A DNA stretch of 64,000 nucleotides from Octopus sinensis (Eukaryota): positions 133,114,001 through 133,178,000 of the forward strand of contig NC_042997.1 of NCBI RefSeq assembly GCF_006345805.1. The letters are read 5' to 3'. Position numbers and translations under genes: made by a program. The notes under the pieces were generated by a model. The model was not told the DNA's origin. It saw only the letters and a program-made list of their open reading frames with translations, and did not search any database. Position 1 is the stretch's first letter. Every line of letters starts with the position of its first letter. Below, one piece after another: positions 39,059 to 52,034 of the stretch.

Positions 39059-40123
39059 GACTGAAGAAGGGGATTTTTCGTTGTGCTTATCGTCCTGTAT
39101 CCCTTTTTTTTGCTTGTCCTGTTCCTTGGTTTGTGTCTATGTTTTCGTCTCTCTATGTGTTCGACGTCTTTTTGTGTCCTGTACACATATATGCGTGTAT
39201 ATGTACATGTAGAGGTAGGTACGTACATATATGTTTATATATATGCATATGTTCTATTTTATTAACATATTATACGACTAAACGCACGCACCCTATTAAG
39301 TAGATTGTTCTGTTTATCAAGTTAGCCTTGATATTAACTCTCACGGACTCTGCATCTTTCTTTCTTTCTATCCCATTCCCTTTTTCGTCTTTTTTTCCCT
39401 CACTTAACTTGTCTCTTCCTCTCTCTCTCATTCTTCATTCTCTCTCTCCCCCTCACCATTCTTCATGGTCTCCTCGCACCATTCCCCTTCTTCTCTCTCT
39501 TCCTCTTGCTCCTCCTCCCCCATTCCCGTCGTCCATCTGCGACGATACTTCCGTCGTACTGCTATCCTGTCTTTTCTCGCCCGCCTTCTAAGGCTACTGG
39601 TCGACATTCCTTCTCTCTCGTCGTCCACTATAATCCAGCGTTTGCAATACTTTTTCGTCTGGCGTAAACAGCCCTTCTTATCTTGTTCTCCTTGTCCTGT
39701 CTCTCACTGTTTATATTTATTTTTCCTGTTTATATATATATTTTTTTACTGTTTATATGTTTGTACTGTCGTTACCGTCTTGCTTTTTTTTTACCATTTT
39801 TTACCCCTCTGCGAAAAGATCTCAGAATTTTAATTGATTTGCTTTTCGCAGGAAGGAAGTTTCATCAAAGATACGTCTCGCTTTTATCCTTCGAAACGTA
39901 GAGTAGATGAAACCTTAGCGACTGAAGAAGGGGATTTTTCGTTGTGCTTATCGTCCTGTATCCCTTTTTTGCTTGTCCTGTTCCTTGGTTTGTGTCTATG
40001 TTTTTCGTCTCTCTATGTGTTCGACGTCTTTTTGGTGTCCTGTACACATATATGCGTGTATATGTACATGTAGAGGTAGGTACGTACATATATGTTTATA
40101 TATGCATATTTTCTATTTTATTA

Positions 40124-40130
<7 letters not shown>
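39059..40130 (+). mobile_element. Penelope-like 3' end with partially duplicated pseudo-LTR (39059-39270 and 39920-40130)
   Basis: About 210-bp near-identical direct repeats around a CT-rich tract; hammerhead elements at 39859-39935. Confidence 0.7.
39859..39935 (+). ncRNA. Candidate non-circularly permuted hammerhead ribozyme
   Basis: TACGTC-TCGCT / ATCCTTC-GAAA-CGTA / AGCGA-CTGAAGA-AGGGGAT, plus extra helix GTTTCATC:GATGAAAC. Confidence 0.7.
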
Positions 40131-40187
<57 letters not shown>

Positions 40188-40239
40188 ATGATATTGAGGT
40201 CTTTTGTTATCTTACCGTTTTTACCAATATATATATTAT

Positions 40240-40272
<33 letters not shown>

Positions 40273-40550
40273 GTGGAGGCGCAATAGCCTAGTAGTTAGG
40301 GTAGCGGACTCGCGGTCGCAGGATCGCGGTTTCGATTCCCAGACCGGGCATTGTGAGTGTTTATTGAGCGAAAACACCTAAAAGCTCCACGAGGCTCCGG
40401 CAGGGGGTGGTGATCCCTGCTGTACTCTTTCACACCACTCTTTCTCTCACTCTTTCTTCTGTTGACCTGCTCGCTTAGCCAGCGGGGTGGCGTCATTCGA
40501 AGGCTAAAACAATGCGAACAATGGTCTGGTCGGTCACGTGATCACGTGAT
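40273..40550 (+). mobile_element. SINE family B variant
   Basis: tRNA-like head GGAGGCGCAATAGCCTAGTAGTTAGG..TTCGATTCCC. Confidence 0.8.
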
Positions 40551-40558
40551 ATATATAT

Positions 40559-40623
<65 letters not shown>

Positions 40624-40899
40624 ATGTATGTATGCATGTATGTATAGACAGACAGAAAGATAGATATGGGAGAGAGAGAGAGAAAGAGAGAGATTGAAAG
40701 AGGTATACAGACAGATAATTGACGGATATGTGTGCGTATGTATAAATAATCGTTCTTATGGAACAGAAGTGTGCGTTTATTGAATACTTTATTAAGGGTT
40801 ACTTTCAAAAATGGAGCGCTGTTTATAAATAAAACAGAAACATTGTCACTAAGAACAGTATCAAAATATTGTAACTTAAATTAGAACACGGCCCGTTGA

Positions 40900-41150
40900 A
40901 TCTACTGTAAAGCTTTGACTGGTCTTGGCGTTACTGGTGCATCAAAGCAGAGGGCTGTAAATTCCATCACTAAAGCTTCAGAGAGGGCCAAAGGTGGGAG
41001 ACTTTGGATAAAAGGGTCAGATCAGTGGCAAGCTGAGATTCAATCAGACTCGACTGGGTCAAATGAACGAGGGAATCGGGTTTTAAAAGATCCGAACACT
41101 CGGAGATTCCAGAAACATTATGAATAATGTATCCCAGAGCATCCGCTAGA
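40900..41150 (+). mobile_element. Hero/NeSL-like RLE LINE extreme 3' fragment
   Basis: LGVTGASKQRAVNSITKASERA...LWIK resembles LGITGxxRxRAIxxxxEAAERASRWLWxK; followed by a 3' UTR-like segment. Confidence 0.5.
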
Positions 41151-42006
41151 TGGCTAGATGATTCTTAATAATAAACTGTTGCAGATTTTTCAAAATGTCA
41201 CTAACTAACGTTTATGAATTATAGATAAGCAACGTTATCTTTTGTCTCTTTAAGCCGAGCGTGTATTTGAGAGAAAATTTATAAATAATGTGTTGTTTAC
41301 ATTTTTTGTAATATTATGTATCTTTCTTGAATTTTAATTGAAATGGAAATATTCTTAATGTTCTGTGCTCACACATTTCTATATGCTCAACAAGTAGAAT
41401 TTTCTGTCTTCTGGCTCGTTCATAGAAATTTCTGGTCTGACCAATGTAGCTTTCTTTACAATTGGGACATTTTATGCTAAGCATTAAATCCTTTGTATTG
41501 TGCGGTTATTTTGTAAGAATTTTGTCTCAGAACTAGCTTCAAAATATGTGGAGTTTATAGTGCATGGCTTACACTTGCTAGCTTTTCACGTTTCAACGGA
41601 AGTTTTGGAATTATTGGCTAATGTGAATTTTATCCATTTCTTTAGTTGACTCCTAAGATGTCCATTTACTTTTTTGCTTTTCTATTAATTTCTAGGGAAG
41701 TTTTGTAGTTTTAGAAAACCATTCAGTTCATTCAATCGAATTGACCATAGTTGTAGAGCAGACACTATCACATATATTGGTTTTGTCACGTAGTAGAGAA
41801 TGTTTTGCATATTGTGCGGTGAATAAAATTTTGTAGGATATCTAAGAGCGCAATGTTTTTATTACAAGCTTCTGTAGTGAATCTAATGGACAAAAGAAGG
41901 GCATTTAGGAGGTTATGAAGTATTTATATTTCACCTTTCACCTGGTGATTTACTTAAGTAAGTATATATATATATATATAATATATATATATAATATATA
42001 ATATAT

Positions 42007-42405
42007 AACGTGACGTATTTTTGCCATTTCAATATGGCTAACCCCTAAGGGTGGATGCTACTGTAGTTTTTAGCCCCAGGAGGACACACTCCTCCAGCTG
42101 GCCATAGACACTCTTTCTGTGTCCTGTCAGTATTTGCAAAGGGAAGTCATCCTTCCCGTCTTCAACTTATGATACACACGGACTCGAGTTTCGAGGTATT
42201 GACCTCTCGTCAGCGTGTGACAATCATAGTTGTCGCCGAGAATTAGATTTCCTTCACAAATACTTATACTTTTTCCAGCGTCCACTGTCGCTGATATTGA
42301 AAAAGTGAAATCAAACAATGATAAATATCAATGTGAGTTATATACAGTAGCGGTAACACAACGTGACGTATTTTTGCCATTTCAATATGGCTAACCCCTA
42401 AGGGT
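42007..42405 (-). mobile_element. Terminally redundant 353-bp hammerhead-bearing unit (retrozyme or solo PLE pseudo-LTR)
   Basis: Identical 46-bp direct repeats at 42007-42052 and 42360-42405; internal hammerhead. Confidence 0.8.
42175..42219 (-). ncRNA. Minimal type I hammerhead ribozyme
   Basis: CACACG-CTGACGA-GAGG-TCAATA-CCTC-GAAAC-TCGA-GTC-CGTGTG; all core nucleotides and three stems intact. Confidence 0.92.
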
Positions 42406-42636
42406 CACACAGACACACACACACACATATATATATAATATACATACATACTGTTGTGTGGAGACCCCCAGACGATGAAGTAGGCTAGCCCAATAAGTAG
42501 ATATAGAGGGAGAAGCCTAGACGTCAAGAGTAGCAGTCAGAATAGAGGAGTCGAGTTGAGTAGAAGGCATCCGAACGTGCGACATAACACACACACACAC
42601 ACATACATACATACATACATACATACATACATACAT

Positions 42637-42701
<65 letters not shown>

Positions 42702-44117
42702 ACATATATATATATATGTAGATATAAAACAATGTCTGAAAGAGTGTGTCTTTTTTAAAATTTATTTCATACTTCAGGAACTCTTTACTTTTCATCAGGC
42801 ATCCACCCACACGGTTAACAAACAACGGAACAGATTTTGTGCCCGTGGTTGTCCCGTTTATCGATAAATTGAACTGATGTTTTACATCAGTCAAAGCTGT
42901 TTTCTTTCAATATAAAGCCTAACGCTTTGAAGAATATATCTGTTTTGAAACGTTCATAAACTATGTCTCAATGTTTTCTACCTAGTAAGTCTTCCGTTCC
43001 AGTTCATTAATGTGATACCCGGACAAGACACAGCATGTTAAAATGCTGCCCTCTGTAATAATTGAAGGAATATATTTAAGGAATCAATTCCATCATGTAC
43101 ATAACCCGAAATTTTTATCATAGAGGTCTAAGTAGCATATCTATAAAGTGACTCAGACTGTGTTTGTTAAATTGTAGTTCAGTAAATATTGGTTTGTGTT
43201 TGAGATCAGCTGGTCTTAATATAATTATTTATTGGTAATTTTGTTCATTGGCAGCTTTCAGAATAACCGAGTTTTTATGGACCCTTAGTAAGTCACACAA
43301 ATTACTTTCCCTGTCTTTCAGCTTGTATATGTAATCAATTTCTTTATCAGCAAAAGTCAGAATATTAGTTCATTGACGATTCGATTTTGTTTATAATTAT
43401 TTTATCTATAGTTTTTATATCTTCCCTGTAGTAATTCTCCTCCCTTAAATTTGTCGATGCTTTATCTTCGTAAATACTTTATCTTGAATAATTATAATAA
43501 TGCTTACAACCTTTGTCAGTTTCCTTAAAATAATTGACTTATCATTTTCAATGTTTTCAGAGCTTCTTAACTTTTTACGGAAGTTTCGTTTGTATTTATA
43601 AATAGCACTGAGGAAAATCGCTAACGTATCGATATAATATCCATGTTCAGCTCTTCCCTATACGGAGTAAAATCTGAGGCGTCGATTAAAGTGTCATATG
43701 TCCATTTTGAATTCAGTCATATTTGACACTGATGTAAGAGGAAATTTGAATTCCTTTACTAATAAAGAAATCTAATATTTACTTCATTTTTCCCGATAAA
43801 TTTGTAATTTTCACGGGGTCAGCATTTTTTGTGGATTTGTTTTATTCCTTGTTCCATCAGATCGTCTATCAAATGGAAGTATGCTCCCCACCAAAGAATT
43901 TGGAGGAGTTTTAGTGAAGCAGAGCGATATTACATCAAAGAGAGAAGTTGGATAAGGAGCAATGCGACAAGATATAACGTACACTACAAGAAAGGAATCA
44001 AAACAAAACAAAACTGCAGTTTTATCATATATTCTTATATTTCGAGGCTATGACTCCTTCTTCGGGACATGTGGAAAAGAGATGAATGGACCGGTGTGCG
44101 CCATCAGTATGTTATAC

Positions 44118-44470
44118 CAGTGTCTGCCAAACTGTGTGCTGCAGCACAGCGATGTGCCGCGATAGATTCCTAGACTACCGCGAAAAATATTTTCGGGTTT
44201 TTCGGGAAACAACGATCCAAGAACATTCGCAAAGTTCGAGCGTAAATATAAATCAATTATGTAAATCGCAAAATATGGTAAATACAAATTAATTACATTA
44301 CACTATGAACAACAGTTTTGCATTTAAACCGGTATTTTCTGTACGTAAATCGTTTAGTAGTCCTAGTAGTTTTATTTATTCAATTATAATTTATATTATT
44401 TTATGCTAATTTTAATCGATTTTTACTTTTAGATATAAGCATGGGGAAAAGTTTTATTGAGACCTCAGAA

Positions 44471-44518
<48 letters not shown>

Positions 44519-45375
44519 TAGCAAAAAAGACAAATAACAGAATAAAAGGTTCATCTCATCAAAACGAAAATATAGTGAAAATTACATCCAATATGGTTTT
44601 ATATTATCAGAAAAAGACAACTCGGTTCCTTAGCAACACTCTCAAATGAAGTGGCAGTTCCCAGAAAACTTCAACGTCATCTAACGTCAACCGCAACATA
44701 AGGACAAGCTAAAAGAACACTTTGACATGCTAAAAAATAATTTTTAAATTCAATGAAAAAGGCTGAATAAATTTCTCCCAATTCCTGAGAAAGTTCAAAT
44801 CGCTAGTTATAAAATTGCCCAGCTTTGGGCAAAGAAGAAGAAAAAAAAAACACATTCTGATACTGAAAACAATATTTTACCAGCCTTGGAGATCGCCGTT
44901 GGTACAAAGGTTAGCGATGAAGCCGTCAAACAAATTAAGACCATTTCTCTGTCTGTCCACACAATCTTTCGTAAAATTCAAGACATTTCGCGAGACATTG
45001 ATGATCAGCTCCACAAACATTTCACTTTAGCAAAAAATGAATTTCAAAGAAAGTACAGACATCAGCTGCAAAGCTCAACTAATTTCATTTCTGCGAATAA
45101 TCAGTGGTGGTAAAATCACAAGTCAGTTTTTATTTTGTTTTGAGTTGAAGGAGAGAACGACAAGAGAAGATGTCTTTAACCTGGTAAACCAAAATGTCGT
45201 TTTTAGAGGGATGCAGTGGAAAACTTGTATTAGCGCTTCATCCATGCAAGGTCGAAAAAAGGGTTTTTGTTCATGTATTACAGAAAAAAAAAAGAAAATT
45301 CACAAGTTAAAACTGTACATTGCATGATTCACCACGAGGTTTTTGTGTCAAAATCTCTACCAGATGGTCTCCTCG
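44118..45375 (+). mobile_element. hAT-Charlie/Buster transposon 5' part, decayed
   Basis: Terminus CAGTGTCTGCCAAAC; ESTDISCKAQL..FLFCFELKERTTREDVF..HCMIH; homologous to 34925-35943. Confidence 0.88.
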
Positions 45376-45577
45376 TTATATGTATATGTATATATATGTA
45401 TATATGTGTATATGTATATATGTATATGAATAATATATGTATATGTAAATATATATATATGTGTGTGTATACATATATATATATATATACAGACACACAC
45501 ACAGACACACTCACACTCACACTCACACACACATACACAAGGGAAGAGAGAGACAGAGATGTATTTATATATACATA

Positions 45578-46871
45578 CGAGGGGCGTTCAATAAGTAATG
45601 CCCCTGACCCACTTCCCATAGCAGTAGAGCAACGAAACTTGGCACAGTTATTAGTCTTTTTTTTACATAGGAAACACCCAGAGTTACGCATTTCTCCCAT
45701 CGTTTGATGCAACTCTGGAGACCGTTTTTGTAGAAGACCCCAGTTTGGTCCTCCAACCACGACGTGACTTCAGAAACGAAGGCTGCATCATCTGGAAAAC
45801 GCTTTCCTTTCAAAAACAACTTCATGGCTGGGAAGAGGTGAAACTCAGAGGGTGCAAGGTCAGAAGAGTAGCGGGGATGGGAGAGGAGTTCATAGCCACA
45901 AGCCTGTGCTTCTGATCTGGCGACACGCAAGTTGTGGACCGGAGCGTTGTCCTGCAGGAAGAGGAGGCCTTTGCTGATCTTGCCCCGCCTCTTGATTTTG
46001 ATAGCTTCTCTTAATTTCTTCAAAAGTGAAGCATAATAGGCTCCTGTAATTGTGGTACCCTTTGCCAGGAAATCTGTCATCACTACTCAGTCCTGGTCCC
46101 AGAAGACTGTGAGCACGACCTTGCCAGCGGAGGGCTGCACCCTTGCCTTCTTTGGAGGAGGTGAGTCACCGTACTTCCACTGCATTGACTGGGCTTTGGT
46201 CTCTGGATCATAGTGATGGACCCAGGTTTCATCCTGTGTAATCAGTCTGCTGAAAAATTTTGACTCATCTTTTTGGCACATCTCCAAATTCATCCTCGAG
46301 CATTCGACGCGTTCTTGCTTCTGGAAAGGTGTGAGCAACCTGGGAATCCATCTGGCAGACACCTTTTGCATATGCAAATGGTCATGAATGATAGTTTTCA
46401 CAGACCCGGTACTAATCTTGACCTCATGGGCTATTTGACGAATAATTATGCGTCAATCTTCCAAAATGGCAGCCTCAACTTGACGGACAGGTGCCTCATC
46501 AATGGCAGAAGGGGGGCGACCAAATCTGGGAGCTGTTTCCACAGAGTTCCGACCATGTTTAAATTCACGATGCCAGCGTTTTACAAGGTCATATGATGGG
46601 GCATCATCACCATAAGTTACTTTCATTTCATCAAAAGTCTCCCGTGGTGTGCGTCCTTTCAAATACAAAAACCGGATCACTGCTCGACACTCAACTAGCT
46701 CCATTTCACAATTGACTCTGTTCAAACACCTGTAAATCAGAAACCACAATTTGTTCAGAGCTGCAATTTGCCACTTAATCTATAGAGATATAAATAATTG
46801 CACATGCAAAATGTCAGGTAGATCAAACAACTGCAAGTGGGTCAGAAGCATTACTTATTGAACGTCCCTCG
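45578..46871 (-). mobile_element. Full-length mariner (DD34D class) with disrupted transposase
   Basis: TIRs CGAGGGGCGTTCAATAAGTAATGC, TA TSD; RAVIRFL, ARWIPRLL, ITQDETWVHHY, QDNAPVH, HPRYSSDLAPSEF; frameshift near 46453 and TGA at 46087-46089. Confidence 0.95.
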
Positions 46872-46961
46872 TATATGTACATTTATATATGTAAATATAT
46901 ACGTATATGTGTGTGTATTTGTGCATATATGTGTATACATATACAATTAAAACACACGTGT

Positions 46962-47012
46962 ATGGCCACAGCTCGTGAGCTGAAACTAGATAAAATAAAA
47001 TAAAAAATAATA
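46962..47012 (+). mobile_element. Extreme 3' stub of the CR1/L2-type LINE
   Basis: ATGGCCACAGCTCGTGAGCTGAAACTAGA(TAAAA)n matches 59391-59440. Confidence 0.75.
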
Positions 47013-47017
47013 ACGTA

Positions 47018-47255
47018 CAGTTCCCAAACCCCCCGCGATAGGTGAAAATCCGCGAAGTAGAAACAATATTGTACTATATATTTTACTTTTATCATTTTTA
47101 TAATTTGTATATAATTATTTTATCATAAATGTAAAACAACACCACAGAGGAATCGGCGTAAGCTTAAATAATAAACCACGATAGATGAACCACGATACGG
47201 GAACCGTGAAACGGGAACTGCGATAAGTGAACCGCGATATAGCGAGAGATTACTA
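47018..47255. mobile_element. pogo/Tigger-like MITE (uninterrupted copy)
   Basis: TA-CAGT start; body matches 16575-16721 joined to 18364-18407. Confidence 0.65.
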
Positions 47256-47682
47256 TATGCCTTTGTGTATACTTATACACATGCATATACTTCTACATAG
47301 GTTCGTATATAATGAGCACTAATTTTTCCGTTTGTGAACGCACGCGCGCGTACACACGCATACGCACATACTTGCACACACGGAAGCACCTTCCTCTTGT
47401 TTGTGCATACAGGTGTAAATCTTTATACTATGTGAGAACTGTTTTCGCCAAAATGATACATTTAGACATTCGTTAAATAAATATCAATATATACGAGGCC
47501 GAAATAGTTACTGGGATTGCAGTTATCGACTAAAACCTTCTCTACCATCCCCGAAATGAAATGTTGCATTTGTTTGATTCATACCAGGACAAGAAATGAA
47601 ATAAAGAAACGAGGTGGCATAAAATAGGAACAACCACTCCGGACGAATTGAGAAATACTACATTTAGCACATAAGTTTGTCT

Positions 47683-47931
47683 TAATTACCGAGGGCAAAA
47701 GCCTCTAACCACATTCCATCGTGGATACATCCCATTCACTCGGTGTCAATTATTGAGGGCAAATATGCTAACCACATTCCACCGTGGATATATCTCACTC
47801 GGTTTCAATTACCGAGAGCTAAAGACACTAAACATTCTATCGTGGACACATACCATTCACTCGGTCTCAGTTACCGAGGGCAAAAGCCTCTAACCGTATT
47901 CCATCGTGGACATATCCCATTCACTCGGTCC
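47683..47931. repeat. Minisatellite, four units of about 60 bp
   Basis: Unit ATTACCGAGGGCAAAAGCCTCTAACCACATTCCATCGTGGATACATCCCATTCACTCGGT. Confidence 0.9.
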
Positions 47932-48796
47932 ATACTCAACACTCTCACTCTCCTTTTATTGAATTTCAGAAAGCAGTACTTGTCGCTCACCCTCTCTTCA
48001 TTCTTCAAATGGAGTTTGCAAATGTGTAACGTTAGTTTGGGCAAAGAATAAGAACCTTTTTTTCACTCCTTTTAACCGACATGCTATCCCTCTTGCAATA
48101 GCCCGACTGACAGCATACATGCTTATGCAGTCCTGCTAGCCTAAGGCTGCTTTGTGGATAAATTACAAAAGAACCGCAAGAAAACACTTTACTGCTCAGT
48201 GAAAAGAGAATTCTTGTTGTTCCAACTCCGTCTACACTCAGAATTATTTATTCTATGCTCACAATATACATATTTTTAGCTGCGCCCAGAAGGATGATAG
48301 ATTAGATTTATAATATTTTAGATTAGATTCTATGAATGGGAATTACAGTATATATGATCTTTTTCAGAAACTTACGAGGCTGATAGGATAAAAATAAATT
48401 TTCCTCGGATCAAACTTTTGTCCTGAATGTTTGTTACAGTGTGAACTCATTTGCTGGTACTCATGTCAGATAGCGGGATTCAACCATGCGAACGGCATAT
48501 GATCACCCAAGAGTTAGTAAATATTCCGCCCAGCTTTCGGGCCCTTTTTTTCTATCTAAATTCACTTACAAAGTTTTGGTCAGTCTTTCGCTGAAGTTGA
48601 AGACACTTGGCCCTGTTCAGCAGGATTGAAACTTATAATTAAAACACATTGGTGCAAAACAAATTACTTAACGATACGAGAATTTTAAGAAACTGGAAAA
48701 ATTAAACTAATAACTACCAGGTAATTAGTTCAGCGACGTACAATTTCTGCTAAAATCAAATTTAATCAAATTTCTCCTCTTTCAAAAATCTAAAGG

Positions 48797-49145
48797 AATG
48801 CTTCTCAACCTGAGTCCATATGGCCCCTGAGGATCCATGTAAGATTTGGAGGTCTACGCAAGAAAACAGTAAATTGGAGGTGTGCAATATTATTTTAAGG
48901 CCCTCTGAAAAATATTTGCTTTAGATTGGTATGTATTGCAAGAAACAGTTAGGTTTCTTTCTCTAACATTTTACATAGTGTAAGCTACAAAAGTTAAAGC
49001 GTGAAAAACTATATAAGGATTTTGAAAGAAGTTTCTGTACAACTAGTTTTTAAACATCAAATGGTTGCTGGGGTCCACTAGAATACAATAGTAATCAAAG
49101 TGGTCCATAGATTTACAAAACAAAAAGTAGGTCGAGAACCCCTAA
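48797..49145. mobile_element. hAT-Charlie-like MITE
   Basis: TTCTCAACC..GGTCGAGAACCCCT termini; similar to 19405-19747. Confidence 0.55.
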
Positions 49146-49832
49146 TCTTATGAAAATGAGAAAAGCTAATTGTTTTGTTAATTTTTGCAGAATAGGTAGA
49201 GCAACAAATAAAATGTTTAGTATTTAGACATGTCACTTTACGATCTGAGATTACGTTTTCCTGAGATCAACTTTCACTTTCATCTTTTGCGGATAAAGTG
49301 GTGGAAAATATTTTATAGACAATACTTCTTCAGTTGTCAACGTAAAGAATTAGTGCAAATGAACGGCAAATGCAGAAGTGAACAAGAAATCTGTTTAGCT
49401 GGAGACAGCGATTTAATTTTGATTCTCTCTTGTAAGAGATTCATTCACGTTTTTACAACTTTGTCAAGAAACGAATGGTACTATCTATGATATTTACGGG
49501 CTCCCCCAGATTGGAGATATTGATACAGTGAATGTTCATTTTGAACAACAATTGGTCGGTGTCTACAGGAAGACAAAATGTTAGTTCTGTAAGAATTGCA
49601 GAATGTTGCAAATTGTGTGTGTGTATGTGTGTGAAGGGTGGTGATAGAGAATTAGACAAAAAAAATGTTTTATTGCCAGCTAAAGAATATGATTAGAATG
49701 AGAAGAACCAAAGAAATTCCCATGTCCCATGTTTTAACAAATCTCATCCGCGACGCTTATGCGACAAAGTCTTTATTAGAATTCTATCATCTCAATCATC
49801 ATTGGAATTTTCTCATATCCATCATCATTTTC

Positions 49833-49940
49833 TTGTTGTTGTTGTTGTTGTTGTTGTTGTTCTTGTTGTTGTTGTTGTTCTTCTTCTTCTTCTTCTTCTT
49901 CTTCTTCTTCATAATCATCATCATCATCATCATCATCATC
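49833..49940. repeat. Compound (TTG)n(TTC)n(ATC)n microsatellite
   Basis: Direct reading. Confidence 0.95.
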
Positions 49941-50044
49941 ACACCCACTTCATTTGAAATATTCTTCCAATTATTTATCAATCAAAAAAATACCTGTCCA
50001 ATAAAATTTTTATCCCTTCTCCCATTACATACATGTATGTGAAT

Positions 50045-50086
<42 letters not shown>

Positions 50087-50179
50087 GCACGCACACACAT
50101 ATACATATACATTATATGGAAACGCACACATGTAAATGTACACATGCACAAACATATATATACATACAGAGACACACGC

Positions 50180-50229
<50 letters not shown>

Positions 50230-50479
50230 TATATATATATATATATATACACATACATATACGTATATATACATACATAAACACTTACACGCACACACAA
50301 ACACACACACACTCTCTCACACACACACACACATATATATATATATACATATACATACAGACATATATATCTATAAATCAGTTGACGACGGGGGAATTGT
50401 TTTCATCGTAAAATATATTGAAGAAACTATTTCCAATATTCTATTTTAAACACTGTATTTGTAAATATATACATACACA

Positions 50480-50546
<67 letters not shown>

Positions 50547-50601
50547 CATCTGTGTGTGTATGCATGTTTATCTATATATCTATATATGTACAACTATATA
50601 C

Positions 50602-50641
<40 letters not shown>

Positions 50642-50957
50642 TATATATATATGTGTGTGTATATACATGTATATGTACACACACATATACAATATTGTAT
50701 TTCGTCTCTTTTCATGAGTTCAATGCTTTACAGTTTATTCCCAATTTTCAATATATTTCCAATATATCAATTTCTCAGCGATTTCCAATGATATTAAATT
50801 TGCAAAGTTTTATTACTTAATCCATTTGGTTTCAGAAAGTTGCGATTGAAATACACAAACACACGCACACACAGACATGCATATATTTTGCATATATACA
50901 CAAATCGTCATAGAAAATTACAACATACATTCAGACACACATACATACACCATACAC

Positions 50958-51010
<53 letters not shown>

Positions 51011-51455
51011 CATAACATATATACATACTTATACTCCCCCACAAGCATATATATATATTGGCATGTAGGCGGCTACATATGTGCGAGACTAGGCACTGGC
51101 CTGTATTATATATGCTTTCATATCAGCATTTGTATGTTTGTATGCGTATATATGTGTCGGAGCGTGTGGGTGGGGTGAATAAAGGTAGAATTTCAAAGAA
51201 GATCATATGTCCAACTGGCCAGGTAGTACTACGCTTTTCTAAACCTTTTATGAATTTTTAATAACAGAAAGTAGATTAAAATACCTGGGGGCTTAGCTAC
51301 GTGGTTAAAACGTTAGGTTCTAATCGCTCGGTTCGAGTTTATGTGACATTGCACTGTACTTTGGGGCATTAGTCTCCTCTGCCTTCTGTTGGCTAATGAA
51401 TGATATGTGAATGTAATTTGTAAGACGGAAAGACGGAGGCTATATGGAAGAATGT

Positions 51456-51776
51456 GTGAAGGCGCATGGCTCAGTGGTTAGATCGTGAGGTTGTGAGTTC
51501 GAATCCCGGACCGGGCTGCGTGTTGTGTTCTTGAGCAAGACACTTTATTTCACGTTGCTCCAGTTCACTCAGCTGTAGAAATGAGTTGCGACATCATTGA
51601 TGCCAAGCTGTAATGGCCTTTGCCTTTCCCTTGGATAACATCGGTGGCGTGGAAAGGGAAGGATGGTATGCATGGGTGACTGCTAGTCTTCCATAAACAA
51701 CCTTGCCCAGACTTATGCCTCGGAGGGTAACTTTCTAGGTGCAATCCCATGGTCATTCATGACCGAAAGGTGTCTC
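51456..51776 (+). mobile_element. SINE family B2
   Basis: tRNA boxes A and B; match to 23022-23340. Confidence 0.85.
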
Positions 51777-51959
51777 AATATGGAAGAATGGCATAACCTG
51801 ACGCATGGTCGGACCGTCAGCGACGAAACCAGCAGTATCAGGAAGCCTGCTTGGTAAGTAGGTGATCTTGGGGCACGCCTCAAAGGGGAACCCCTCAAAA
51901 CCAAGATCTCCTCAAAGGGCAGACGAATTCAGGAGAATCGACAGCTATCCAACTACGTG

Positions 51960-52034
<75 letters not shown>

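Larger units (their letters stand above)
41300..43450 (-). mobile_element. Old Penelope-like element (RT and GIY-YIG remnants), interrupted by younger insertions
   Basis: SINGTTTGTKSVPLFVN (about 42815-42865, resembling QIxGTAMGTxxAPxYAN) and SIKCPNCKESYIGQTRN (about 41428-41480). Confidence 0.65.

Noticed and set aside
43500-44050. Additional RT fragment (FDVISLCFTKTP)
   Set aside because: The resemblance to RT motif A is too weak to call without an HMM search.
47683-47931. CRISPR-like array
   Set aside because: Whole units repeat with no unique spacers, there are no cas genes, and the context is eukaryotic.
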